From the IMG/VR virus record IMGVR_UViG_3300020595_003017, positions 32,001-96,000 of that record: a stretch of DNA of 64,000 nt; one strand, 5' to 3'. Positions 39,760-48,811 of the stretch are shown here, piece after piece. Below the pieces are notes generated by a model that saw only the letters and a list, made by a program, of their open reading frames with translations, was not told where the DNA came from and did not search any database. The DNA is from a virus. The position numbers were made by a program, and so were the translations under genes. Position 1 is the first letter of the stretch. Each line of letters begins with the position of its first letter.

Positions 39760-39958
39760 TCTGGTTTATCTGCCATCAGATATCATGCTGATCGATAATC
39801 ATACTGTAAAGAAGTGGATTAAACTTGAGGAGCCAACTTACGCAGTTATGGTTGAGCCTCAAATAAATAAAGAAGATATATATCACAAAGTCCATGTCAA
39901 AGGAAATGACTGGCTTGTTCGGACAATAGATACAATGGAGGTAATGTCCCGTGCTTAA
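39740..39958 (+). CDS. SH3/KOW-like microprotein
   Basis: MKPRKGDLVYL; AGGAGG RBS. Confidence 0.65.
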   Translation: MKPRKGDLVYLPSDIMLIDNHTVKKWIKLEEPTYAVMVEPQINKEDIYHKVHVKGNDWLVRTIDTMEVMSRA

Positions 39959-40262
39959 GGTTTCAGAAGTTTATGAAAGACAAACAAAAGTAATCAAAGA
40001 GCGGCCTGATGGTTCAGAGTACGCAAGCTTTGAAAACATCTTTGATACAAGGGATGCTCTTATCAACGAGAGTTTTGTTGTATCAGTCCACCCTCACGAG
40101 TTTACTACCTCGGCTGGTCTCTCAAAAATGGAGGCAGCATTCCCTGATGGGACAAAGTTCAGTACATTTATTGTTGATGGTAACTCTTTTCGCAAATCTG
40201 AGATGATTGTAATCGGTTCGTTTGAGCGGTTTTGTGACATGTTACAGGATAGAGAGACATGA
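39951..40262 (+). CDS. hypothetical protein
   Basis: GTG start with GGAGG RBS; coupled to neighbours. Confidence 0.55.
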   Translation: MLKVSEVYERQTKVIKERPDGSEYASFENIFDTRDALINESFVVSVHPHEFTTSAGLSKMEAAFPDGTKFSTFIVDGNSFRKSEMIVIGSFERFCDMLQDRET

Positions 40263-41002
40263 GCTTCCCAACCTGGGGTGACTTGTTTGATAATTATTGT
40301 TCTCATACAACGATTAAAACATCTTTGGGACTTAAGCAAAATCTCTTTTATGAGGAGTTTGCAAGAAGAAGATATAATCCATCGCCCATTAGTGACACCT
40401 CTTGTTGTCGGCTGGTGTTCTTAAAAGACGTATTGCACAACCCCACTAACAAAACGCTTTGTCGCCAGGGTCGATTTATCTGGTGCAAAAATTTGCACTA
40501 TGAAGGTCGTGATGATAACGGTTACAGGCAAATATCTTTTACAATTGACAAGGGTAAGAAGAGATTTAAAGTATCAGAAAAGAACATGTTATGTCTTCCG
40601 TCAAAAGTTTTTATTCACAACAACAGGTATTTTAGATCAAACTTGAAGACCTTTGCAGCTTTTTCTACTGTATTTAGTCACAGGCAGACCATGACCATGA
40701 TGCGTAAGTCTTGGTCAGGCGCAGACGGAGAGTTAGATACTATCATTGACGAAGACAGTCCTTTTAAGCCGGGCACGCTGGTATCACCTCGTGTTGGGTA
40801 TTTTCATCCAGATGTTGATTGGAATTCTGTCGGCGACACGAAACAAAACATGTCCGGAAGAGACCACCCATGTGGGATCATTCTCGGAAAGTCTCTCGTA
40901 GATAACGATTATGTAGGAAGAGAGTTCTACCGTGTGCGTTTTGGAAATACTACATATGAAAAGGTTCACCCTGTGCAAATGGAGATATTAAATGAAGTTT
41001 AG
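40259..41002 (+). CDS. hypothetical protein with a C-terminal SH3-like domain
   Basis: FKPGTLVSP...CGIIL...YRVRF...MEIL. Confidence 0.55.
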   Translation: MSFPTWGDLFDNYCSHTTIKTSLGLKQNLFYEEFARRRYNPSPISDTSCCRLVFLKDVLHNPTNKTLCRQGRFIWCKNLHYEGRDDNGYRQISFTIDKGKKRFKVSEKNMLCLPSKVFIHNNRYFRSNLKTFAAFSTVFSHRQTMTMMRKSWSGADGELDTIIDEDSPFKPGTLVSPRVGYFHPDVDWNSVGDTKQNMSGRDHPCGIILGKSLVDNDYVGREFYRVRFGNTTYEKVHPVQMEILNEV

Positions 41003-41249
41003 ACTGTACACAAAGACCGATTGTCCTTATTGTCAAATGGCCATCCGATTGTTGGCAGAGAGACAGAAGGAGTTTGAGTGCTATGCACTTGATAACCAAC
41101 CCAAGCTACTTAATGAGATAAAGAGCACATATCGCTGGGAGACTGTTCCTGTTGTTGTTGAAATAACAGAGGGTCAAGAAAAGTTTATTGGTGGTTATGA
41201 CGATCTCAGAGAGTATTTAAATAAAGGTAAACAATTATTAAAAGGATAG
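40992..41249 (+). CDS. glutaredoxin
   Basis: CPYC, TVP, FIGGYDDL. Confidence 0.9.
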   Translation: MKFRLYTKTDCPYCQMAIRLLAERQKEFECYALDNQPKLLNEIKSTYRWETVPVVVEITEGQEKFIGGYDDLREYLNKGKQLLKG

Positions 41250-41252
41250 AAT

Positions 41253-41855
41253 ATGATTTGGACTTCTAAAGTTTCCCCGCTGATCAAAGAGATTGACTTA
41301 CGAAAACCTCCGGTAATCGTAAACGTTAACAAGTTTACAGAAGATTCAGCTAAAAAGTTTCACCAAGAGATGGCTGCGGCTCATAACAGTGGTCAGCCTG
41401 TGATTCCAATTGTTATCGATTCATATGGTGGACAAGTATACTCATTGATGTCGATGATTTCAGCCATCGAGTCAGCCGAGATACCTGTTGCTACTATTGT
41501 TGAGGGCAAAGCAATGTCATGCGGCGCAGTGCTTTTAACTTTTGGAGAGCAGGGTATGAGATTCGCCGATCCTAACGCTACGATTATGATCCATGATGTC
41601 AGTAGTGGGTGCTTCGGCAAAATAGAAGAGATGAAAGCCGATGTCAAAGAAGCTGAACGACTTGACGAAAAGATCTTTACCATGATGGCTCGTAACTGCG
41701 GTAAAAAAGACGACTACTTTAAGAAAAAGGTTTTTAATAAAAAACATGCTGATTGGTTTATGGATGCCCAAGAAGCAAAGAAACATGGACTTGTCAATCA
41801 CCTTAGAGTACCTAAGCTCAATATTAAGGTAGATGTGGACATTAGTTTTGACTGA
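41253..41855 (+). CDS. clpP: ClpP-like serine protease
   Basis: IDSYGGQV, GKAMSCGAVLL, NATIMIHD. Confidence 0.85.
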   Translation: MIWTSKVSPLIKEIDLRKPPVIVNVNKFTEDSAKKFHQEMAAAHNSGQPVIPIVIDSYGGQVYSLMSMISAIESAEIPVATIVEGKAMSCGAVLLTFGEQGMRFADPNATIMIHDVSSGCFGKIEEMKADVKEAERLDEKIFTMMARNCGKKDDYFKKKVFNKKHADWFMDAQEAKKHGLVNHLRVPKLNIKVDVDISFD

Positions 41856-42340
41856 TGGTAGAGTTTGTTTTAGTTTCCTTACTTGCGTACAACTTTCCGT
41901 CGTACTTTGATACGGAACAAGAACTTAATGCTGCTGTAATCATTGACCAATCAATCACTCTTAAAGAGGATCCATATTTTATGGTAGCTCTTGCCTGGGT
42001 TGAGTCCCGGCTTAAGACCGGACGCATATCTCATACTGGTGATTATGGTTTGTTCCAAATAAATTATAATTTCTGGGGACGCAAATGGGGTTATAAAAAT
42101 CGCCAGAAATTCTTGGTTGATATGTCCAGTGCTAACCATGCTACGGTAGCAGCAGTTGTGGTCCTTGAAGAGATGAGGAAATATAAATCATGTGCTGGTC
42201 TTAATTTGCCAGCCTGCTATAATGGTGGCCCGAATTGGCAAAACTCCAAGAACAAAGAAAAGATTTTAGAGTACGCTACAAAAGTTCACAAGATGCGAGT
42301 CATATTCAAAAGAAAGTTTATAGGCTGGGCAAAAAGGTGA
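41855..42340 (+). CDS. SLT-family lytic transglycosylase
   Basis: ALAWVESR, DYGLFQIN, CYNGG. Confidence 0.8.
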   Translation: MVEFVLVSLLAYNFPSYFDTEQELNAAVIIDQSITLKEDPYFMVALAWVESRLKTGRISHTGDYGLFQINYNFWGRKWGYKNRQKFLVDMSSANHATVAAVVVLEEMRKYKSCAGLNLPACYNGGPNWQNSKNKEKILEYATKVHKMRVIFKRKFIGWAKR

Positions 42341-42672
42341 CTAAGCAAAAGTACGGAATAAAGATTAGCACCATTTTAAATGCAGCGGAAAAACTGACTG
42401 CCGATCTTGAGTATCTTTGCTCTATAGCAGAAAGTCCAGACCCTGAGTTTCCTATCATGGATGCTTTGGCTTACGCTAGGGCTGTCTCTGCGGTAGCTAA
42501 CCATTTAGATTTTGTCATTGAAGATTTGACTGAAAATGACTTAAGCGAAGACGAAGAGTATGTTAAACTAAGTGAGGATGATTTAGTTTTAATGAGCAGC
42601 CTAACTGAGAGTTCAGAAGAGGCCATCAAAATATTGGAGAAAACATGTGGTATCTACCTTCAAAACAATTGA
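42337..42672 (+). CDS. acidic hypothetical protein
   Basis: GTG at 42337 overlaps the SLT stop. Confidence 0.5.
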   Translation: MTKQKYGIKISTILNAAEKLTADLEYLCSIAESPDPEFPIMDALAYARAVSAVANHLDFVIEDLTENDLSEDEEYVKLSEDDLVLMSSLTESSEEAIKILEKTCGIYLQNN

Positions 42673-43092
42673 TGTACATGAGTTTTTATTATTTTTCAAT
42701 TATATTCTTAATAGCTTGTATCCTGTATGATTTGTTTGCAGACACCATAACAGGGTTTACGTTTGGATACTTTTTCGCACTGTTTTATATGATTGCCCGC
42801 ACCCGAACGGTACTGAGGCTGTTGGAGGATATGGATGATGAACCGTAGGCAAATTGATGAGATGGTATATAGGATTTATACGCTGGCGGTTACAGTTGCC
42901 TATTACCCAGTCTACCTTTCCATCCTCGGTATGGATAAAATTAAACAAAGACTTGACTTAGACTAAAAATAGGATATATTAGTTGATATATGCTAAAAGA
43001 TTTTACGACATATGTGATAGCTAGTGCAATTAGTTTGGCCTGCTTGGGTCTACTAGCCGCAATCATGGCACGAGACACAATTAAGGACATTG

Positions 43093-43557
43093 ATGCTGGA
43101 CCATCTAACGACTGACAATTGGGTATCATTGGGCGGTAAGCCCATCGCTGATATCAGACAACGTATTCAAAAACGATTTGAAGCAGACCGTTTCACGTTT
43201 CATGTAGGCACCGATAGTAAATCGTATGCGGACCACACCATCATTAGCACAACAATATGTTTTCGAGAGAATGGTCATGGTGCCTTGGTGGCATATCAGC
43301 GAAACAAAATAGACAACTTTAATAATATAACTGAGCGATTACTGCACGAAACAATAGTATCGCTAGAGGCTGCGAAAATGGTACAGGACATTACCGGCGA
43401 CCCGCCTACGATTCATGCAGATGTTAATACAAAAGAAACAGCCTTAAGTTATAGGATGCTTAATGTTATAATAGGACTGGTTCAAGGTATGGGATTCCCT
43501 ATAAAAGTAAAGCCTGATGCTTGGGCTGCTGATATTGCAGATATGTACACCAGATAA
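43093..43557 (+). CDS. DUF458/YkuK RNase H-like protein
   Basis: FHVGTDS, RLLHET..SLE, TIHADVN, VKPDAWAA. Confidence 0.75.
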   Translation: MLDHLTTDNWVSLGGKPIADIRQRIQKRFEADRFTFHVGTDSKSYADHTIISTTICFRENGHGALVAYQRNKIDNFNNITERLLHETIVSLEAAKMVQDITGDPPTIHADVNTKETALSYRMLNVIIGLVQGMGFPIKVKPDAWAADIADMYTR

Positions 43558-43576
43558 ATCATCGAAAGGAAAAAAG

Positions 43577-43948
43577 ATGAGTGAAGAGCAACTTTTTGAA
43601 AAACAAATAGAAACGTTTAAGACATTCTGTAAGAATAATCGCTTGCGCCTCCGAGAAGCCGGCGATGGACTTCCGGTTGCCAGAGCCATTGGAAAGTTTA
43701 AGGAAGATCAATTCTTTTGCAACTTTAGAAACGGAACTATTGGCGTGTATGTCACCAGGGAAACTCAACGTCAATTTACATATTTGAATAAAAAACTGAT
43801 TAAAATGGGTTGCATCCCAACACAACTCGGAGATTTTGAAGCATCTTACGATTTAGAGTGGATGAATATTCCTCCTGTCGCCAAGCTTCTCAAGATCAAA
43901 AAAGGTGCAGCCAAGGTAAAAGATCCAAAGTGGTTGAGGGAACTATGA
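43577..43948 (+). CDS. hypothetical protein
   Basis: AAGGA RBS; RLREAGDGLP motif. Confidence 0.55.
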   Translation: MSEEQLFEKQIETFKTFCKNNRLRLREAGDGLPVARAIGKFKEDQFFCNFRNGTIGVYVTRETQRQFTYLNKKLIKMGCIPTQLGDFEASYDLEWMNIPPVAKLLKIKKGAAKVKDPKWLREL

Positions 43949-44154
43949 AAGAAGAAGATAAAGAATATAATATTGATGAGTGGAAAACTAAATTTTCCGA
44001 AGGTGAGATTAGCGAATCTGCTGCTGAACTTGCCGCTAAATTTATGTTTGCAATGTCTTACTATCATGAGCGAATGAAACTGCATATCATGTTACACCCT
44101 CTCTTCTTTCTAGCTGGTTTCATGATCGCATTTTTTGCGTTCGGAGAAATGTGA
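43945..44154 (+). CDS. small protein with a C-terminal TM segment
   Basis: PLFFLAGFMIAFFAF. Confidence 0.5.
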   Translation: MKEEDKEYNIDEWKTKFSEGEISESAAELAAKFMFAMSYYHERMKLHIMLHPLFFLAGFMIAFFAFGEM

Positions 44155-44324
44155 TGAAGTGGAAAGTTGGAGATCTCGTGCAGGAAGCTCTCCCGCTCAT
44201 GGCTGGTGATGCTCCTGAGAGGCTGGGGTTAATTGTTGAGATAGGCAAGAGTGGATTCTTTAAAGTTTTATTTGACAAAGAAGAACTTGTGCATTATAAT
44301 TCATTAAGAAAAATGGAGGCTTAA
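44154..44324 (+). CDS. SH3/KOW-like microprotein (56 aa, not in ORF track)
   Basis: MKWKVGDLVQEALPLMAGDAPERLGLIVEIGKSGFFKVLFDKEELVHYNSLRKMEA. Confidence 0.7.
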   Translation: MKWKVGDLVQEALPLMAGDAPERLGLIVEIGKSGFFKVLFDKEELVHYNSLRKMEA

Positions 44325-44561
44325 ATGGCTACACGACCCGGAAGACTATTGGACAAAACATTCACCTCGTTCACGGAAGCGAGCGGCCGCCTCGAAGATA
44401 CGATGGGGTGGATCACGGCAGCGGAGGAGTTGGCGCACGAGGTCCAACCCGGATGCAAGGCAGAGGTCACACTCCACTTGTTGGGCAAAGTATTAGAAAA
44501 GGCTCGCACCGAGTTGGACCAAGCGTCCGAGGATCTAGCCATTGAGGTCTTCGGAAAATGA
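44325..44561 (+). CDS. small helical hypothetical protein
   Basis: GGAGG RBS. Confidence 0.55.
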   Translation: MATRPGRLLDKTFTSFTEASGRLEDTMGWITAAEELAHEVQPGCKAEVTLHLLGKVLEKARTELDQASEDLAIEVFGK

Positions 44562-44660
44562 GGGCACGTCATAGATATATTTCAGCAGGCAAAGGTAGGC
44601 GCAGCCTTCGCCAAATTTTTTTACAACTAAGCGCAGAAAAACAAAGAAAGGCAATCAAAA

Positions 44661-44900
44661 ATGACCACAATCAACAATGAATTTAAAACCACCGTCAAGG
44701 AATTTGTGAGTAAGCTCACGACCATCGAGAACGAGATGACAATCCTTCGACAAGATCGTTCGGAACTCTTTACAGAGATGAAGAGTAAGTTGGACCCTCG
44801 TTCATTTCGAGCAGCCGTGAAGATCCATAACTTGCAAAAGTCCACACCGGATCAAACTTCTTTAAACAGAATTCTGGAAGTTTTAGATACTGCTGAATAG
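44661..44900 (+). CDS. T4 DsbA/GapR-like small DNA-binding protein
   Basis: VKEFVSKLTTIENEM..LRQDRSELFTEMK..LDPRSFRAAVKI. Confidence 0.55.
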   Translation: MTTINNEFKTTVKEFVSKLTTIENEMTILRQDRSELFTEMKSKLDPRSFRAAVKIHNLQKSTPDQTSLNRILEVLDTAE

Positions 44901-44910
44901 TTATTATACT

Positions 44911-45386
44911 ATGGGGTAACTGAAGCAGCCAAACCACACCAACTTTGTGTAGCCTTCTACAAGGGAGAGGGTGAGTGGCACAACCGCATAGTTAGATGGA
45001 CAACTCAAAGTAAATATTCGCACGCAGAACTGATCATGCCAGACAATACTTGCATAAGCATAACACCCTTCGGAACAAATGGTATCCGTAGAAAAAAGTT
45101 CGACGAACCTGAGCAGGATTATGACATGATCTGTGTGCCGGTATCTGACGAACAACTGGAAACCATTCAAAGGTTTTATGAAGACACTAAGGGAGATGGC
45201 TATGACTGGCCCGGTATGATACTGTCCAAGTTCACACCATTCTTTATCAAGCGGACAGGGCGTTGGTATTGTTCTGAATGGATTGCATATGCGTTGCGAT
45301 TGGCTGGTGCGGTGGACAACCTTTACCACTATAATGACTTAACACCGCAGAGGCTTTATGAAGTGTTAAAAAATTATGCCGACTAA
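44911..45386 (+). pseudogene. permuted papain-like (YiiX/C92-type) amidase whose conserved N-terminus lacks an in-frame start
   Basis: VAFYKG...RWTTQSKYSHAEL (44949-45032) lies upstream of the first in-frame ATG (45036); catalytic YCSEW lies downstream; ATG-GGG-TAA at 44911 is one base out of frame. Confidence 0.55.
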
Positions 45387-45600
45387 AACCACAGAAACGT
45401 TTCTTTACGCTCCGGGAAGTTTAGTAAAAACCAGAAAAGAAATATATTCGATGGATCCACATATGCGGTTACAAGCCGGCACGGTTGGGATCGTGTTATC
45501 GGGCCCGAGAGAAAACTATAATCATCATTGCCAGGTTCAGTTTACTGGCATCAGTAATGCTTGGTGGGTTAATTATGCAGAAATTGAGCCGCACCTATAA
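45376..45600 (+). CDS. SH3/KOW-like microprotein
   Basis: YAPGSLVKT...VGIVL...CQVQF...IEP. Confidence 0.7.
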   Translation: MPTKTTETFLYAPGSLVKTRKEIYSMDPHMRLQAGTVGIVLSGPRENYNHHCQVQFTGISNAWWVNYAEIEPHL

Positions 45601-45649
45601 ACAAAAAAATAATTTGAATTATACTTATCTATGAAAGGAGTCACTAGCT

Positions 45650-45946
45650 ATGACAAAAACAAAAGAACTTATTAATTACCAACAAATTTATGAGGACGAC
45701 CTGTCCGATACCGTTAAGGATGCCCTGGAGTTGCCAAGAGGTTTCTATGAGTTGGAACAACAGAAGCGGCAGATGGTGGAGCAAATGATTGACGCAGGGT
45801 ATGATCGTGCTGTGAAGGACGCTCTGGATCCAGATGTGTTGAATGATACTGCCGCACTTGCAGCCGAGATGGGCACGCAGCTTTATAATTTTGCAAATGT
45901 CATTGGAGAATACTTGACCAACCTTGATGAGGACGACGATGATTAA
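45650..45946 (+). CDS. acidic hypothetical protein
   Basis: AAGGAG RBS. Confidence 0.55.
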   Translation: MTKTKELINYQQIYEDDLSDTVKDALELPRGFYELEQQKRQMVEQMIDAGYDRAVKDALDPDVLNDTAALAAEMGTQLYNFANVIGEYLTNLDEDDDD

Positions 45947-46304
45947 AGTCGGTGATCTTGTTAAGATCTCCAATCACAATGGTTGGACTATCTGCCTACC
46001 CAAGGTGCCACAACCACAGCACAAAAGTTTAATCGATGAGTACCTCAAGGAGCGCATGATGGTCCAGGTCGGCAACACCAAATACAGTGCCGATAATAAA
46101 AAGTATCGGGACTTGGACGGTGACTTTGGGCTAATTACAAAAGTAATCCAAAATAAAATTGATCAAACAACTGCCTACGAGGTCATGATTGACGGAAGAG
46201 TTATGAGGGTGAAAGGCATAGTTGGTGAGAAGTATTTTCATGTTGTAAAGAATGGACAAGATTACCTTGATACTATACAAGAGGAGTTAAGTAATGAAAG
46301 CTAA
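45939..46304 (+). CDS. SH3/KOW-like protein with an insertion
   Basis: MIKVGDLVKI...FGLIT...YEVMI. Confidence 0.65.
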   Translation: MIKVGDLVKISNHNGWTICLPKVPQPQHKSLIDEYLKERMMVQVGNTKYSADNKKYRDLDGDFGLITKVIQNKIDQTTAYEVMIDGRVMRVKGIVGEKYFHVVKNGQDYLDTIQEELSNES

Positions 46305-46497
46305 TTATCATTGTTGCTCAGTGGGTGCTGTTAACAATGGCTTGTTAAGAGAGTGTGGGTTCCGGTTCCGATTTGAGGAGGGCAGCCACAACTGTCCACT
46401 CTGCGGATCTGCACTTGTTCGTATGCCAACTGGCAAGTCTGTTGCACAAATTCTTAAAGAAGGTTTTGAGCAAGAGAGAAAACAGAATAAAAGTTAA
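46294..46497 (+). CDS. small Zn-ribbon protein
   Basis: CC...ECG...CPLCG; GAGGAG RBS. Confidence 0.55.
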   Translation: MKANYHCCSVGAVNNGLLRECGFRFRFEEGSHNCPLCGSALVRMPTGKSVAQILKEGFEQERKQNKS

Positions 46498-46599
46498 TGT
46501 TTTCACAATCCTCTCGCCTATGTATAGTAGGCCCGGCTCGTTAGCATAAACTGACCCCACCAGTGAGCCGGTGGCATGTGGACAAAGGAGGATTTAATT

Positions 46600-47253
46600 A
46601 TGCCAAAAGTAAAGTATAGCCAATCAAGAGGTTTGTTTCAAGTTGCAGGTTCCGGTCTTGACCTTGACGGCACCGTTAATCACAACGGTACCGTTAATCT
46701 TAACCAAAAAGTAGCCAGTGGCTATCTGCGTTGGTGCATGGGAGATCATTCTGGTCTGTCTTTGCTCACCAAGACAGATGCTAACTGCGATTCGGGATTC
46801 ACAGCAGCAGCCAACACACTTCACGAGTGCGCTGCGCTCGGTGATGCAACCAACGCTTACGTTTTGCCAGAAGCAACCGTCGGCACCGTTGTTGTCTTTA
46901 AGTTTACGGCTCAGTATGACGGCGGCAACAATGCTACCTTTACCACTACGGCTGGCGACTTCTTCGCAGCACAAACGCTGAACTTCCTAACTCTTAATTC
47001 AGACGCTGGCGCTGTCGGTCCCCGTATCATCGGAACTGATTTCACCACGACTCAAAGCGTGGGTAAAATCAGCACGCTGACAGCAGCACATAACAGAATT
47101 ACAATGTCAACGACTGCCACCAACAACCAAACCAATGTCGGTTCGGAGTTGTCATTCTTCTGCGAAGATGCTGGATTCTGGAGAGTTCTTTTCCAGGGCG
47201 TGTGCTTGGGCAACGGAGCGATGAATGCCACATTTGCTGGAAGCACAGCTTAA
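46600..47253 (+). CDS. Gly/Ala/Thr-rich beta-strand protein, possibly a virion component
   Basis: Strong AAAGGAGG RBS; own promoter and terminator. Confidence 0.6.
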   Translation: MPKVKYSQSRGLFQVAGSGLDLDGTVNHNGTVNLNQKVASGYLRWCMGDHSGLSLLTKTDANCDSGFTAAANTLHECAALGDATNAYVLPEATVGTVVVFKFTAQYDGGNNATFTTTAGDFFAAQTLNFLTLNSDAGAVGPRIIGTDFTTTQSVGKISTLTAAHNRITMSTTATNNQTNVGSELSFFCEDAGFWRVLFQGVCLGNGAMNATFAGSTA

Positions 47254-47293
47254 TAGCTGAGCTTAACAGGCAACTATGTTGTATGATACACTG

Positions 47294-47315
47294 GGCACCC
47301 GCAAGGGTGCCTTTT
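47294..47315 (+). terminator. intrinsic terminator
   Basis: GGCACCC-GCAA-GGGTGCC followed by TTTT. Confidence 0.8.
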
Positions 47316-47333
47316 GTATTTTAAGGAGCAATT

Positions 47334-47996
47334 TTGAACAAAGAAGAAAATATATTTACCCAAATAAATGATTTGGAAAAATATGATAAGCCGCTGATCA
47401 ACATTTATGAAAAACTCATTGCACCAGTAATGAATGAAGAGGTCCAGGGTGTTCCGAATTTCAAATGGGAACAAACAATGTGCCAGGAAAGTAACGCACT
47501 CGCTAGGTGTGACTATGATACTTACGAGTCATTAAAGGCCGCCGGCAAAAGAACCACCCACCGTAACGACTCAATCACATACTCCTATCCTAATCATGAC
47601 TGTGTTTCTGATTCACTCGATGAAGCAATTAATATATTGGGTAAAGAAGTTGACTGTGATTATCTTGGCTTATCTAATCACCCAACCTGCTACAGAAGTC
47701 ATGAAGGGTATGACGGCTACATGGGCTGGCACACCAATCACGATTTCCCAGGAGACCGGTGGTATTTTGTATATAATACTGAGGCAGATAAGTCATTTTT
47801 TCGATACATAGATCCAAACACTGAGCAGATGGAAACAGTACGGGAGCCAGCAGGATGGTGTTTAAATCATTTTGTCGCAGGTAATTATCACAGCCCCTTG
47901 TGGCATTGTATACACACTAGTGGTCATAGATTTTCTTTCGGAATACGAAAAATAGAATTACTTAAGTATACAAACGGAAAAGTTAACTTGAGGTAA
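47334..47996 (+). CDS. 2OG-Fe(II) oxygenase-like protein
   Basis: MGWHTNHD...WYFVYN...WHCI...RFSFG; TTG start with AGGAG RBS. Confidence 0.6.
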   Translation: MNKEENIFTQINDLEKYDKPLINIYEKLIAPVMNEEVQGVPNFKWEQTMCQESNALARCDYDTYESLKAAGKRTTHRNDSITYSYPNHDCVSDSLDEAINILGKEVDCDYLGLSNHPTCYRSHEGYDGYMGWHTNHDFPGDRWYFVYNTEADKSFFRYIDPNTEQMETVREPAGWCLNHFVAGNYHSPLWHCIHTSGHRFSFGIRKIELLKYTNGKVNLR

Positions 47997-48003
47997 CACA
48001 AGC

Positions 48004-48318
48004 ATGAGCGACGAAAAAAAGCCACCAGTTCGCAAGGATCGCCGCCGGGCTAAAAAGAAAACATATAAACTTACTGAGCGCCATGTTAAGATGATAAGGT
48101 CTCAAAAAGGAAAACAGTCAGTCCGAGAGATAGCAAAGTGGTTTGCGAGAGAGACCCACTATATTTATAAGGTTTCTCCGTCGATGGTTCACCACATCTT
48201 ATCCGGTAAGCGACACAGCAAGAAAGAAGACCAGAAGTCAATCTATGATTTGATTGAGGAAGAAGTTTCAGAGGAAGAGTTGGCTAAAATAGATCCAAAA
48301 AAAGTTAATTATGAGTGA
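48004..48318 (+). CDS. HTH DNA-binding protein
   Basis: SVREIAKWF...VSPSMVHHILSGK. Confidence 0.6.
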   Translation: MSDEKKPPVRKDRRRAKKKTYKLTERHVKMIRSQKGKQSVREIAKWFARETHYIYKVSPSMVHHILSGKRHSKKEDQKSIYDLIEEEVSEEELAKIDPKKVNYE

Positions 48319-48757
48319 TGACACCAAGGCTCTGCGGAGCACAACATATCCACTACAGACTTTATCACCCGTTATAAAGCCTGACAACATGACACTTTAT
48401 CGGGCACAGCAGGCTAATGCTGTCAGTCATTACGTTAAACAAGAGTACGATCGCCTCTTTGCCCAGGCAGAGGTCATCAACAGACAGTTCAAAGAGTTGC
48501 AGCGCCGTGTTAAGATCACAGAGATGATAGAGAACTCCCGCTACAGATTCAAACCTATCGCTGGCCAAGTATATTATCTTTATCAAAATGTTAATAAACA
48601 ATCCTATCAGCTTTCCCTTTTGTCTCCGAACGACTGGGCTCTTGGTATGCCAGATACATATCTCTGGGTTGCGGATGTAAGAAAGCTCGGAGACAACACT
48701 TGGGACATAGAAAAATTTAATAAAGAATTTGCACAATTATTCCCTGAACGTGAATAA
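48311..48757 (+). CDS. DUF2452-like protein
   Basis: YRFKPIAGQVYYLY...LSLLSPNDW. Confidence 0.65.
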   Translation: MSDDTKALRSTTYPLQTLSPVIKPDNMTLYRAQQANAVSHYVKQEYDRLFAQAEVINRQFKELQRRVKITEMIENSRYRFKPIAGQVYYLYQNVNKQSYQLSLLSPNDWALGMPDTYLWVADVRKLGDNTWDIEKFNKEFAQLFPERE

Positions 48758-48762
48758 AAAAC

Positions 48763-48790
48763 TTGACCGATCCCATATCCATGATATTAT
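48763..48790 (+). promoter_or_regulatory. early promoter cassette copy 5
   Basis: AAAAC-TTGACC-16-TATTAT, AAGGGAGAGAG-AT-ATG (48812). Confidence 0.8.
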
Positions 48791-48811
48791 GTGTTTGTAA
48801 GGGAGAGAGAT

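Noticed and set aside
46536-47267. Leader/trailer pairing around the 46600 gene like that at ssb
   Set aside because: Only about 7 bp with a 3-nt bulge (GCTC-gtt-AGC / GCTGAGC), within chance expectation
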